64,000 nucleotides of DNA, taken from assembly GCA_034520945.1 (NCBI GenBank), contig JAXHNB010000001.1:160001-224000 (forward strand). The letters are read 5' to 3'. Of this stretch, positions 18,267 to 28,280 are shown piece after piece. The notes under the pieces are model-generated. The model made no database searches. It saw only the letters and a list, made by a program, of their open reading frames with translations, and had not been told where the DNA came from. Each line of letters starts with the position of its first letter. Within the stretch, counting starts at the first letter, position 1. The position numbers and the translations under genes are program-made. Origin of the DNA: Trueperaceae bacterium (GTDB lineage Bacteria > Deinococcota > Deinococci > Deinococcales > Trueperaceae).

Positions 18267-19198
18267 TGGAGCTCGACCTGGCGTTCGCGTTGAGCACCCT
18301 GGCCCGCGCGTTGGCGTTCAGCACGCCGCTGCTGTGGGGCGCCCTCGGCGAGATCGTCGCCGAGCGCGCCGGCGTCGTGAACCTCGGCATGGAGGGGATG
18401 ATGATCATGGGCGCCCTGGCCGGCTTCGTGGTCGGGCAGTCCAGTGGCGATCCGTGGCTGGGGTTGCTGGCCGCCGCGGCCGCGGGCGCGGCCGCCGCCG
18501 CGCTGCACGCCCTGCTGGCGGTGGGGATCCGCGCCAACCAGTACGTCTCGGGGCTGGCGATCACCATCTTCGGCCTCGGCCTCTCCGGCCTGATCGGGCG
18601 GGCGTGGGTAGGGCGTCCCCTGCAGAACCCCATGGAGTTCGTCTCGCTGCCGCTGCTGTCCGACCTGCCGGTGGTGGGCGCGGCGTTGTTCGAGGGGCAG
18701 TACGTGCTGACCTGGCTGGGCCTGCTGGCCGCGGTGGCGCTGTGGTTCGCGCTGTACCACACGCGGTGGGGGCTGATCGTTCGCACCGTGGGCGAGAACC
18801 CCGCCGCCGCCGACGCGGTCGGCATTCCCGTGTCGTGGGTACGGACCGGGGCGGTGGTGTTCGGCGGGGTGATGGCCGGCGTCGCCGGCGGGTTCCTGTC
18901 GCTGGCGTACCGGCCGTCGTGGGGGCAGGGCATGACCAACGGGCTGGGCTGGATCGCGTTGGCGTTGGCGATCTTCGCGTTGTGGGACCCGCTGCGCGCC
19001 ATCTTCGCCGCGCTGCTGTTCGGGGCGCTGTTCACGCTCAGCTTCAGCCTGCAGGACCGCTTCGCGCCGCAACTGTTGACCATGATGCCGTACCTGTTCA
19101 CCATCCTCGCGCTCAGCCTCACCGCGCTCCGCAAGGGCGGACGCGCGCTCGGCGCGCCCGAAGCGCTGGGCGAACCGTACGCCCGAGGCGAGCGATGA
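18266..19198 (+). CDS. Nucleoside ABC transporter permease
   Basis: ERAGVVNLGMEG, VGENPAAAD, GLGWIALAL, APEALGEPY. Confidence 0.92.
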   Translation: MELDLAFALSTLARALAFSTPLLWGALGEIVAERAGVVNLGMEGMMIMGALAGFVVGQSSGDPWLGLLAAAAAGAAAAALHALLAVGIRANQYVSGLAITIFGLGLSGLIGRAWVGRPLQNPMEFVSLPLLSDLPVVGAALFEGQYVLTWLGLLAAVALWFALYHTRWGLIVRTVGENPAAADAVGIPVSWVRTGAVVFGGVMAGVAGGFLSLAYRPSWGQGMTNGLGWIALALAIFALWDPLRAIFAALLFGALFTLSFSLQDRFAPQLLTMMPYLFTILALSLTALRKGGRALGAPEALGEPYARGER

Positions 19199-19296
19199 TC
19201 CCCCTCTTCCAGGCCTTCCGCCGCGCAGCGCGTGGCCAGGGCACGTCCGCCGTTCTTCGAAACGCCCCCCGCCCCACCTCGACCGGAGGTCCCCAC

Positions 19297-20451
19297 ATGC
19301 GCCGCATCCTGTTCGCGCTCCTCGCATTCGCGCTCCTTTCCCCCGCCCTCGCCCAGAACGACGACCCGCTGAAGGTCGCCTTCATCTACGTCGGTCCCGT
19401 CGGCGACTACGGCTGGACCTACGCCCACGACCTGGGCCGCCAAGAGCTCCAGGAACACTTCGGGGACCGGATCGAGACGGTGTACGTCGAGTCCGTGCCC
19501 GAACCCGAGGTCGAGCCGTTCATCGACCAGCTGGTCGCAGGCGGCGCCGACGTAATCTTCGCCACCAGCTTCGGGTACGGCGACGGCGTGCTGGCCGCCG
19601 CCCAGCGCTACCCCGACGTGATCTTCGGCTGGGCCACCGGCGTCCAGCGCGCCCCCAACGTGCTGACCTACATGGCCGACTTCTACCAGGTGTACTACCT
19701 CAACGGCCTGATCGCCGGCGCCCTGACCGAAACCAGCACCCTCGGCTACGTCGCGGCGTTCCCCATCCCGGAGGTCAAGCGCCACATCGACGCCTTCGCC
19801 CTTGGGGCCCGCGAGGTCGACCCCGACGCCGAGGTCGTGGTGCGCTGGCTGTACCAGTGGTTCGACCCGGCCGGCGCCGCCGAGGCCACCGAAGCGCTGA
19901 TGGGCGCAGGCGCCGACGTGCTGGCGTTCACCGAGGACACCCCGACCGTCATTCAGACCGCCGCCGACCGCGGGCACCCCAGCTTCTCGCACTACGCCTC
20001 GATGGTGGAGTTCAGCCCCGACACCGTCGTCTCCGGGCAGTTGGTGTACTGGGAGACCCTGTACATCGACATTATCGAGAAGGTGCTGGACGGCACCTAC
20101 ACCAGCGAAAACCTGCAGGATGTCGACTACTTCTGGCTGTTGGAACAGGGCGCCGTCGAACTGGGCGCGGAGCCGGGCGTGCCGGTCGCCGAGCCGTTCG
20201 TGGACGACCTCCGCGCCGTGGAGATCGACCATCCCGAGTTCGGCGCCATCGACGCCTACGAGCTGGTGATGGAACGCAACGCCCAGATGAAACGCGGCCG
20301 CGAGGTGTTCGACCCGTTCGAAGGGCCGATCCGCGACCGCAACGGCAACCTGGTGTACGAAGAGGGGCACCTGCCCTCGATCGACGAACTGCTGGGCATC
20401 GAGTGGGCCGCCGAGAACGTGGTCGGCCCCTGGGACAACGAACCGGAGTAG
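19297..20451 (+). CDS. BMP-family purine nucleoside-binding protein
   Basis: Signal peptide, FIYVGPVGDYGWTYAHDLGR, ATSFGY, PIPEVKRHIDAFALGA; GGAGG RBS. Confidence 0.93.
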   Translation: MRRILFALLAFALLSPALAQNDDPLKVAFIYVGPVGDYGWTYAHDLGRQELQEHFGDRIETVYVESVPEPEVEPFIDQLVAGGADVIFATSFGYGDGVLAAAQRYPDVIFGWATGVQRAPNVLTYMADFYQVYYLNGLIAGALTETSTLGYVAAFPIPEVKRHIDAFALGAREVDPDAEVVVRWLYQWFDPAGAAEATEALMGAGADVLAFTEDTPTVIQTAADRGHPSFSHYASMVEFSPDTVVSGQLVYWETLYIDIIEKVLDGTYTSENLQDVDYFWLLEQGAVELGAEPGVPVAEPFVDDLRAVEIDHPEFGAIDAYELVMERNAQMKRGREVFDPFEGPIRDRNGNLVYEEGHLPSIDELLGIEWAAENVVGPWDNEPE

Positions 20452-20472
20452 CGCACCCCCCGCTTTGCCGCA

Positions 20473-20504
20473 CGCCGCGCCGGTCCGCATGGGCCGGCGC
20501 GGCG
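20473..20504 (+). terminator. Hairpin after the BMP gene
   Basis: cgccgcgccggtcc-gcat-gggccggcgcggcg. Confidence 0.5.
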
Positions 20505-20526
20505 CCCATTCGCGCTACCCTCGGGC

Positions 20527-22389
20527 ATGGCCCCGCCCGACGCCGAAGCCAGCCCCACCGGCCTGCCCACGCTGGACGAGGTGCAGTACGCCGTCGCCGT
20601 CGCGGCCGCGCGCACGCCCGCCGACCTGCGCCTGTCCGGCGCGCGGGTCCTGGACCCGTTCACCGGCGGCCTCCGCCCCGCCGACGTCCTCCTGGCCGGC
20701 CGCCTGATCGCCGCGGTCGTGCCCGTGGGGGGCGACCCGAACGGAGAGGCGCCGGGGGGCCGCGACCCGGAGCGGGTCCGCCCCGACGCGGCCCGCACCG
20801 TCGAACTGGACGGCGGCGTGCTCTCGCCGGGCCTGCTCGACGGGCACATGCACCTCGAGTCGTCGCTGGTCGGCCCCGCCTCCTACGCCGAGGCGGTACT
20901 GCCCCGCGGCGTGACCGGCGTCGTCTGCGACCCGCACGAGGTGGCCAACGTCGCCGGCGAGGCGGGCGTACGTTGGTTGCTGGCGCGCGCCGCGGGTCTG
21001 CCCTTCGACGTGTGGGTCACCGTCCCCTCCTGCGTGCCCTCCACGGCGCTCGAGACGGCTGGGGCTGCGCTGGGTCCGGACGCGATCGAGCGCCTGATGG
21101 CGTTGCCGAACGCGGTCGGGCTGGCCGAGCTGATGAGCTTCCCGCAGGTCATCGCCGGCGACGCGGAGGTGCTGGCGAAGGCCGTCGCCGCCGAGCGGTG
21201 GGGCGGCACCATCGAAGGGCACGGCCCCGGTCTGGGCGGGGCCCGCTTGCAGGCCTACCTGGCCAGCGGCGTCGGCAGCGAGCACGAGGCCGCGAACCCC
21301 GACGAGGCGATGGAGAAGCTGCGCGCGGGCGTCTTCCTGTGGGTCCGGGAAGGTTCGGTCGCCCGCGACGCGCGTGCGCTGGCACCGCTGGTCCGGACCT
21401 CGCACCGGGGACGGTTCGGGTTCTGCACCGACGATCAGCTTCCTCACGACCTGCTTCGCGAAGGCGGCGTCGACCACGCGCTGCGGACCGTGTGCGGCGT
21501 GGGCGCCGACCCGATCGAGGCGCTGATCGGTGGCACCTGGAGCGCGGCGCGGCACTACCGCTTACCGCGCCGCGGCGCGGTCGCCCCCGGCATGCTGGCC
21601 GACCTGGTGCATTGGCGTGGCGAGCTGGCCGCGTTCGACGCGGACCGCGTCTGGAAGGAGGGCCGGACGGTGGCGCGCGGGGGGCGGCCGACAGGGTCGC
21701 TGCAGGAGGCGTCGCCGGCCCGGAATGATGCGTCGTTGGCGCGATCGGTGTCGCTGCCGAGCGACGTGGCGGACCGCCTGGACCAAGCGCTCCGGTTCAA
21801 AGGCGACGCGGACCCGGCGGCCCCCGCCCCCGTGATCGGCGTACGGCCTGGGAGCCTGCTGACCGACGCGGAGGAGGCCGTGCCTGGCGCCGAGAACGAC
21901 CGTCTGGCTTCCGACCCCGACCGGGACCTGGCGCTGCTGGTTTGCGCCGAGCGGCACGGCGTGCACGGTCGTGTGGCCGCGACGCAGGTGCGCGGCTTCG
22001 GGTTGCGCCGCGGCGCACTGGCCGCCAGCGTCGGGCACGACCACCACAACCTGATGGCGGTCGGGATCGAACCGGCGCAGGTCGTGGCGGCGCTGCGCCG
22101 CTTGGCGCGCAGCGGGGGTGGCCTGGTCGTCGTCGACGGCGACGCCACCGTCGCCGAGCTGCCCCTGCCGCTGGGCGGGCTGCTGAGCGACGCCCCGCTT
22201 CACGAGGTGCGCGACGCGCTGGACGGCCTGGACGCCGCGGCCGCCGCGTTGGGGTGCACCCTGGAGGCGCCGTTGATGGCGCTGTCGTTCCTCGGCCTGG
22301 CGGTCATTCCGGCGCGCAAGCTGACCGACCACGGCCTGGTCGACGTGAACGAGGGCCGGTTGGTGCCGCAGCCGTGGGGGGTAGCCTGA
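20527..22389 (+). CDS. ade: Adenine deaminase
   Basis: DGHMHLESS, DPHEVANV, VPSCVP, EGHGP, REGS, FCTDD, VGHDHHN. Confidence 0.93.
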   Translation: MAPPDAEASPTGLPTLDEVQYAVAVAAARTPADLRLSGARVLDPFTGGLRPADVLLAGRLIAAVVPVGGDPNGEAPGGRDPERVRPDAARTVELDGGVLSPGLLDGHMHLESSLVGPASYAEAVLPRGVTGVVCDPHEVANVAGEAGVRWLLARAAGLPFDVWVTVPSCVPSTALETAGAALGPDAIERLMALPNAVGLAELMSFPQVIAGDAEVLAKAVAAERWGGTIEGHGPGLGGARLQAYLASGVGSEHEAANPDEAMEKLRAGVFLWVREGSVARDARALAPLVRTSHRGRFGFCTDDQLPHDLLREGGVDHALRTVCGVGADPIEALIGGTWSAARHYRLPRRGAVAPGMLADLVHWRGELAAFDADRVWKEGRTVARGGRPTGSLQEASPARNDASLARSVSLPSDVADRLDQALRFKGDADPAAPAPVIGVRPGSLLTDAEEAVPGAENDRLASDPDRDLALLVCAERHGVHGRVAATQVRGFGLRRGALAASVGHDHHNLMAVGIEPAQVVAALRRLARSGGGLVVVDGDATVAELPLPLGGLLSDAPLHEVRDALDGLDAAAAALGCTLEAPLMALSFLGLAVIPARKLTDHGLVDVNEGRLVPQPWGVA

Positions 22390-22393
22390 GGGT

Positions 22394-23740
22394 GTGACCA
22401 CGCTGTTGGCCGGCCACCTGCTGCACGTGCCGCGCGACCCCTTCGCCGCCGGCGCGGCACCCGCCGGGGCCGGCGCGCTGGAGGCGGTACAGGACGGCGC
22501 GATCGCCGTTCGAGACGGCCGGATCGTGGCCACGGGCCCTGCTGGCGACCTGCGCGCCCGCTTCCCCGACGCGCCGCTGGAGCAGACGGGCGGGTACATG
22601 TTGCCCGGCCTGGTGGACGGACACGTGCACTACCCCCAACTGCCGGTGATGGGCGTGATGGGGCTGCGGCTGCTGGACTGGTTGCGGCGGCGCACCCTGC
22701 CGTTCGAGACGCGCTACGCCGACGCCGACTTCGCCCGGGCGCAGGCCCGGACCTTCCTGGGCGCGCTGGCGCGCAACGGCACCACCAGCGCCATGGTGTT
22801 CGGCGCGCACCAGCCGGACGCGATGGCGGCGTTCTTCGAGGAGGCGGCCGCCTCGGGCCTGCGCGTCACCGCCGGCCTGACACTGGGCGACCGGGAACTC
22901 CCGCCGGCGCTGCAGCTGCCACCGGCCGAGGCGGTCCGGGCGTCGCGCGAGCTGATCGCACGCTGGCACGGCCGCGGGCGTCTACGCTACGCCGTCACGC
23001 CGCGCTTCGCGGTGGCGACCAGCGACGCCATGCTGGCGGCATGCGGCGAGCTTCTGGGCTCGCACCAGGACCTCTGGTTCACGACGCACCTGAACGAAAC
23101 CCCGGACGAGATCGCCTACGTGCGGGCGGCGTTCCCCGCGGCGCGCGACTACCTGGACGCCTACGACCGCCACGGCCTGATCGGCCCGCGCAGCGTGCTG
23201 GCGCACGACGTGCACCCTGCAGAGCGGGAGCTGGCCCGGCTGGGCGAGAGCCGCGCGGTGGTGTGCCACTGCCCGGGATCGAACCAGTTCATCGGCAGCG
23301 GGCTGTTCCCCATGCGGCGGCACCTGGCCCACGGCGTGCGGCTGATGCTGGGCAGCGACGTCGGCGGCGGACCGGGCTTCGGCATGCCCGGCGAGGCGCG
23401 CACCGCCTACCAGACGCAGATGTTGTTGGGCGAGGAAGGGGCCCCGCTGGACGCCGAACGCCTGTTGTGGCTGCTCACCGCGGGCGGCGCCGCGGCGTTG
23501 GGGCTGAGTGATCAGGTGGGCGATCTGTCGCCCGGCAAGGAGGCGGACCTGGTGGTCCTGCGCCCGCCCGCGCACGGCACGCTGGCGGCGCGCCTCCAGC
23601 ACGCCGTCGACGCCGAGGACGCTCTGGCCGCGCTGCTCGCCCTCTCCAGCGAGGCGGACGTGGCCCGAACGCTGGTGGCGGGCGAGACGGTGTGGGACGC
23701 CCGCACCGCGGGTGCCGGCGAGGTCGCGCCGCCGGCCTGA
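22394..23740 (+). CDS. guaD: Guanine deaminase
   Basis: DGHVHYPQ, LLDWL..TLPFE, VTPRFA, THLNE, HCPGSNQFIGSG, GSDVGGG. Confidence 0.93.
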   Translation: MTTLLAGHLLHVPRDPFAAGAAPAGAGALEAVQDGAIAVRDGRIVATGPAGDLRARFPDAPLEQTGGYMLPGLVDGHVHYPQLPVMGVMGLRLLDWLRRRTLPFETRYADADFARAQARTFLGALARNGTTSAMVFGAHQPDAMAAFFEEAAASGLRVTAGLTLGDRELPPALQLPPAEAVRASRELIARWHGRGRLRYAVTPRFAVATSDAMLAACGELLGSHQDLWFTTHLNETPDEIAYVRAAFPAARDYLDAYDRHGLIGPRSVLAHDVHPAERELARLGESRAVVCHCPGSNQFIGSGLFPMRRHLAHGVRLMLGSDVGGGPGFGMPGEARTAYQTQMLLGEEGAPLDAERLLWLLTAGGAAALGLSDQVGDLSPGKEADLVVLRPPAHGTLAARLQHAVDAEDALAALLALSSEADVARTLVAGETVWDARTAGAGEVAPPA

Positions 23741-23867
23741 AGCCCGCGTCGCAGGCCCCGCCCGCCGCTGTCAAGTTGGTTACGGCACCCTCCTGACCTC
23801 GAACCGTAGCCTGCCCTCGGGGCACGTACGCAGGGCGACTCGGCCGGGGGCGCCGGGAAGGCGGCAG

Positions 23868-26552
23868 ATGAGCCTACGGACCAAGACCGTGATCGTGAGC
23901 GTGCTGGTCATGCTCGGCTTCGTCGTGGCCGTCTACCTGACCGCCTCCCGCGTGCTGAGCCAAGGGTTCGCGCGCGTGGAACACGACGCGGTCGAACGCA
24001 GCGTGCGGACGCTCGAGGGGCACATGCCGTTCGAAGTGGCGGTCGTGGCGGAGAAGCTCGGGACCTTCGCGTCGGTCGAGGACCTCGCCGCGTTCGCGGC
24101 CAGGCCGGACCCCGCCTTCGCGGCACGACGGCTGTCGGCCGAACGGGTTCGCGCGGCCGAGCTGAGCTTCGCGGCCGTGTTCGACGCGGAGGGGCGCTCG
24201 CTCCACACGGCGGTCGCCCAAGGCGCACCCGGGGATCGCGAGGTCCAGGAGGCGTGGCAGCGGGCGCGAGGCGCCGATGCCACGCCGAGGGGCTTGCTGC
24301 AGGTGGGGGACGCCACCGCCATCGTGGCGTCGACGCCTCTGGAGCGGCCCGGCGACGCGGCGCGGGTCGGCACGCTGTTCGTGGGTCGCGTGATCGATGC
24401 GGACCTCATTCGGCAGATCGAGTCCCTGACGCACCTGGAGATCGACATGCGCCCCTATGGCGCCGAAGACCTTCCGCCACCGTTCGCACGGGCCCGGCGT
24501 GCGATCGACGGGGGCACGGCCCGCCCGATCGAGCCTGTGGACGAGAACACCATCGTCGGGTTCACCCGCCTGCGGGACGTCGGGGGCGCGCCGGTGCTCC
24601 TGGTTCGCGTCGCGACGCCCAGGCCGATCGCGCAGCAGGCCCGTGAGAGCCGCACGGCGCTGCTGCTGGGCACCGCCGGCGTGGGGTCGGTGCTGGTCGT
24701 GGCGGTCGTCGCGCTGCTGCAGTGGGGCCTGCTGCCACGCTTCTTGCGCATGAGCCGCAGCGTGCGGCGCATCGCGGCCGAGCAAGACGCGTCGTTGCGG
24801 GTCCGTGCGCACGGAAGCGACGAGTTGGGCCAGCTGGGCCGCGACGTGAACGCCATGCTGGACTCGCTCCAGGCGTCGCAGAAGGCCCTGAGGGAGAGCG
24901 AAGCGCGCTACGCCCTGGTCGCGCGCGGCGCCAACGACGGCATGTGGGACTGGGACCTCGAGCTGGGCGAGGTGCTGTACTCGGCGAGGTTCCTGGCGCT
25001 CCTCGGGGAGCCGGCCGAAGATACGCGCGACGGCCCCGAACTATGGCGCGGCAGGATGCATTCCGACGACCTGCCGCGCTTCGAGGCGAAGCTCGCACGG
25101 TTCCGACAGGGCCAGAGCCGCTTCTTCGAGGACGAGCACCGGCTCTGCCGCGCGGACGGTCGGTGGCGCTGGATGCTGGCGCGCGGGGCGGCTACGCCCG
25201 CCGAGGGGCGGCCGGTGCGGATCGCCGGTTCGCTGACCGACATCACCGAGCGGGGCGTGTTCGACCCCGCGACGGGCCTGCCCAATCGCGTGTTGCTGCG
25301 GAGCCGGCTGGCGCAGGCCGCCGAGCGTGCCCGAGAGGGGACGGGTTCGTCCGTGGCCGTGGTGGCGCTGGGCCTGGAGCGTTTCAAGGCCGTCACGGAC
25401 GGCCTGGGGGCGCAAGCCGTAGAGCGCGTCAGCACGGAGATCGCCCGGCGCCTGCAGTCGGGTCTCCGGGCGGGCGACATGATCGCCCGTTTGGGGGGAG
25501 AGGACTTCGTCGCGGTCCTGGAGGACGCCGGCACGGCGGAGCAGGTTCTCGGCGTTCTGGAAGGCGTACGCGCGGCCATGTCCAAGCCCCTGGCGTTGGG
25601 AGGCGCGACCGTGCACATGCCGGTGACGGCGGGCGTCGTGATGGATCTGGCGCGGTACGACCGGCCGGACGAGGCGATCGACGACGCCGTGTTGGCCCGA
25701 GATCAGGCCCGCCGGGCAGGGCAACGGGTCGCCTGGTTCGATCCCGAGATGCAACGCCGCATCGCGGAGCGGCAGCGGACGGAGTCCGAGCTGCGCACAG
25801 CGATCGAGGGAGGCCGGTTGGCGCTGCACTACCAACCGATCGTGGACCTGGAGACCGGCGGCGTGTACGGCTTCGAGGCGCTGGTCCGCTGGCCGCACCC
25901 CACCCGCGGCCTGCTGGCGCCGGCGGCGTTCGTGGAGCTGGCGGAGGAGACCGGCCTGATCGTGCCCCTTGGGGCGTGGGTCCTTCACGAGGCGATCCGC
26001 GTGGCCGCGCGCTGGTCGTCCGCCGCCGGTCCACGCGAAGGGCCGATGATGCACATCAACCTCTCGGCCAAGCAACTGCTGGCCTCCGGATTGGTCGACA
26101 CGGTTCGCGGGGCGCTCGCGGAGCACGAGGTGGATCCTGCCCGTGTGGAGCTCGAGGTCACGGAGAGCGTCATGATCACGCATGGGGGCGAGGCGGCGGA
26201 GGTGCTCGCGCAGTTGCGGCGGGTGGGGGTGCGCCTGGCCGTGGACGACTTCGGCACCGGCCACTCGTCGTTGGCGTACCTGCACGACCTGCCGGTGCAG
26301 ACGCTGAAGGTCGATCGTTCGTTCGTGTTCCGCATGACCGAGGACGTGCGCAGCCGCAAGATCGTCCATACCATCGTGCAGCTCGGCAACGGCTTGGGCA
26401 TGGACGTGGTGGGCGAAGGGATCGAGACCGAAGCGCACCTCGACGCGGTACGCGCCGCGGGGGTGCGCCTGGCGCAGGGCTACTACTTCGCGAAGCCGCT
26501 CCCGCTCGAGCAAGCGGAGCAGTGGCGAGCGCGGGTGCGGCCCGTGTCCTGA
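23868..26552 (+). CDS. Membrane sensor c-di-GMP phosphodiesterase (CHASE4-like, HAMP, PAS, degenerate GGDEF, EAL)
   Basis: Two TM helices, DELGQLG HAMP, GANDGMWDW PAS, GGEDF, FEALVRW, LEVTES, DDFGTG, LKVDRSF, EGIET, QGYYF. Confidence 0.9.
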   Translation: MSLRTKTVIVSVLVMLGFVVAVYLTASRVLSQGFARVEHDAVERSVRTLEGHMPFEVAVVAEKLGTFASVEDLAAFAARPDPAFAARRLSAERVRAAELSFAAVFDAEGRSLHTAVAQGAPGDREVQEAWQRARGADATPRGLLQVGDATAIVASTPLERPGDAARVGTLFVGRVIDADLIRQIESLTHLEIDMRPYGAEDLPPPFARARRAIDGGTARPIEPVDENTIVGFTRLRDVGGAPVLLVRVATPRPIAQQARESRTALLLGTAGVGSVLVVAVVALLQWGLLPRFLRMSRSVRRIAAEQDASLRVRAHGSDELGQLGRDVNAMLDSLQASQKALRESEARYALVARGANDGMWDWDLELGEVLYSARFLALLGEPAEDTRDGPELWRGRMHSDDLPRFEAKLARFRQGQSRFFEDEHRLCRADGRWRWMLARGAATPAEGRPVRIAGSLTDITERGVFDPATGLPNRVLLRSRLAQAAERAREGTGSSVAVVALGLERFKAVTDGLGAQAVERVSTEIARRLQSGLRAGDMIARLGGEDFVAVLEDAGTAEQVLGVLEGVRAAMSKPLALGGATVHMPVTAGVVMDLARYDRPDEAIDDAVLARDQARRAGQRVAWFDPEMQRRIAERQRTESELRTAIEGGRLALHYQPIVDLETGGVYGFEALVRWPHPTRGLLAPAAFVELAEETGLIVPLGAWVLHEAIRVAARWSSAAGPREGPMMHINLSAKQLLASGLVDTVRGALAEHEVDPARVELEVTESVMITHGGEAAEVLAQLRRVGVRLAVDDFGTGHSSLAYLHDLPVQTLKVDRSFVFRMTEDVRSRKIVHTIVQLGNGLGMDVVGEGIETEAHLDAVRAAGVRLAQGYYFAKPLPLEQAEQWRARVRPVS

Positions 26553-26602
26553 GCGGGGCGAGGCGTGCCGCCGCGTTCGTTCGGCCGCGAGGGGCGGGGC
26601 GA

Positions 26603-28207
26603 TCAGCGTGCGCGCTTGGCGTCGTACATGGCGGCGTCCGCTGCGCGGAGCAGCGCGTCGCCGATGCTGCCGTGGCGCGGGAACTCGGCGGCGCCGACGC
26701 TGGCCGTTACGTGCGTCGCCCGTCCCTGGAGCACGATGGGGTCGTCCAAGACGCGGTGAAGCTTGGCCTGCAGCCGTTCGAGGGCGTCGTCGCTGGCGAG
26801 GTCGCCGACCACGATGCCGAACTCGTCCCCGCCCAAACGCGCGACGGTGTCCTCGGCGCGCACGGTCTGGTGGAGGCGGGACGCGACCTCGGCCAGCAAC
26901 CGGTCACCGGCGTGGTGCCCCAACGCGTCGTTGACGTGCTTGAAATCGTCGAGGTCGAGGAAGGCGACGCCCACGCGTTCGCCGTGCCGGCGGGCGCGGG
27001 CGAGCGCCTGATCCAAGCGTTCCGTGAAGGCGCGGCGGTTGGCGAGTCCGGTCAACGCGTCGTGGGCCGCCTGGTACTCGAGGCGTTCCCGTTCGGTTCG
27101 CAACGCGGCGATCAGGTCCCACTGCCGAATGGCCGCTGCCAACTGGGCCGCGACGGCCGCGGCGTAGCTCTCGGCTTCGTCGGCGTCGCACGCTTCCTCC
27201 TCGACGGCCATGTCCAACAGCAGAACCGCCCGGACGGTCCCCGCGACCTGCACGGGCGTCACCAGCGTTGCGCGGGGGGTAGGACCGGCGCGAGCGGCCT
27301 CCCAGGCTGCTGCATGGGTCGGGCGCCAGCTCTCTGGCGGCGTGGCGGGGCCTGCGTGGTGCGACGCGGCGGTGGGACTGGGCATCAGTTCGCGTAGGTC
27401 CCAGGCATGCGGTTCGAGGATTGGGAGATCGTAGCCGACGGATGCCTCGGCGCGGAACGCGCCGTCGGACCGGCGCAGCAGCACAGCGCCGCCGCCCGCC
27501 CCGGGCACGAGCCCGATGGCATGCTCGAACAGGTCGGGAATCGCCTCGGTCTGGGAGCGTGCCCGCATCAGGTCGTTGGTGAGTGTGATGAGGTCGCGTC
27601 GAAACGCCGCGTCGCGGCGCAGGCGTTCGCGTTCCAGGTCGCGTTCGCTGCTGGAGCGCTTGCGCGCCAGGCTCGCGCGGACGACGTTGGTCGTCGCTCG
27701 TAGCAAGTGGCTCTCCTCGTCGGCCCAGGCCCGGGGGGTCCGTGTCGAGGCGAAGCAGACGAAGCCGGGCAGCGGCGTGCCGGGCATGGGAAGCCACACG
27801 AGCGAATGGACGTGCTGCGCTGCGAGCATCGCGCGCAAGGGCGCGGCTTGCGGGGGAAACGTCTCGATGCGGTCGATCGCGACGGCCTCGCCCCGTTCGA
27901 GGGCAGACCACCACGGGGCCATCCACGCTGTCGGTAGCTCGCGTGCGGCGCCGGGCGCCACGTCGCTGGCGGGATCGATCCACTCGTGGGTGCAGCTGAA
28001 AATCTCCCGGTCGGGCGCGACCTCGAACACCCGGGCGCGCTGTACCGACGTGGCCTGTGCGACGCGCTCGAGGGCACGTCGTATCCCGGCGTCCACGTCC
28101 GGCCCCTCGGCCGCGGCGAGGTCGGCCGTGACGGCGAGGACGAGGTCCGTGAGGTGTGGCACCTCGTGGGCGTCCTCCTCGTTGGCGTCCGCCTCGTCCG
28201 GGGCCAT
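26603..28207 (-). CDS. GAF-domain diguanylate cyclase
   Basis: HDALTGLANR, DLDDFKHVND, RAED I-site, intact GGDEF; N-terminal GAF-like region (SCTHEW). Start uncertain. Confidence 0.9.
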   Translation of the reverse strand: MAPDEADANEEDAHEVPHLTDLVLAVTADLAAAEGPDVDAGIRRALERVAQATSVQRARVFEVAPDREIFSCTHEWIDPASDVAPGAARELPTAWMAPWWSALERGEAVAIDRIETFPPQAAPLRAMLAAQHVHSLVWLPMPGTPLPGFVCFASTRTPRAWADEESHLLRATTNVVRASLARKRSSSERDLERERLRRDAAFRRDLITLTNDLMRARSQTEAIPDLFEHAIGLVPGAGGGAVLLRRSDGAFRAEASVGYDLPILEPHAWDLRELMPSPTAASHHAGPATPPESWRPTHAAAWEAARAGPTPRATLVTPVQVAGTVRAVLLLDMAVEEEACDADEAESYAAAVAAQLAAAIRQWDLIAALRTERERLEYQAAHDALTGLANRRAFTERLDQALARARRHGERVGVAFLDLDDFKHVNDALGHHAGDRLLAEVASRLHQTVRAEDTVARLGGDEFGIVVGDLASDDALERLQAKLHRVLDDPIVLQGRATHVTASVGAAEFPRHGSIGDALLRAADAAMYDAKRAR

Positions 28208-28280
28208 GTGCGTCACGCTTCCACTCTGCCCGGGTGGGCGGGCGGGCACCGTCAACGGATTGACGCAGCGCCGGCCGTGC

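Noticed and set aside
23741..23867. c-di-GMP riboswitch upstream of the EAL gene
   Set aside because: No class I (GCAAA tetraloop/receptor) or class II signature visible.
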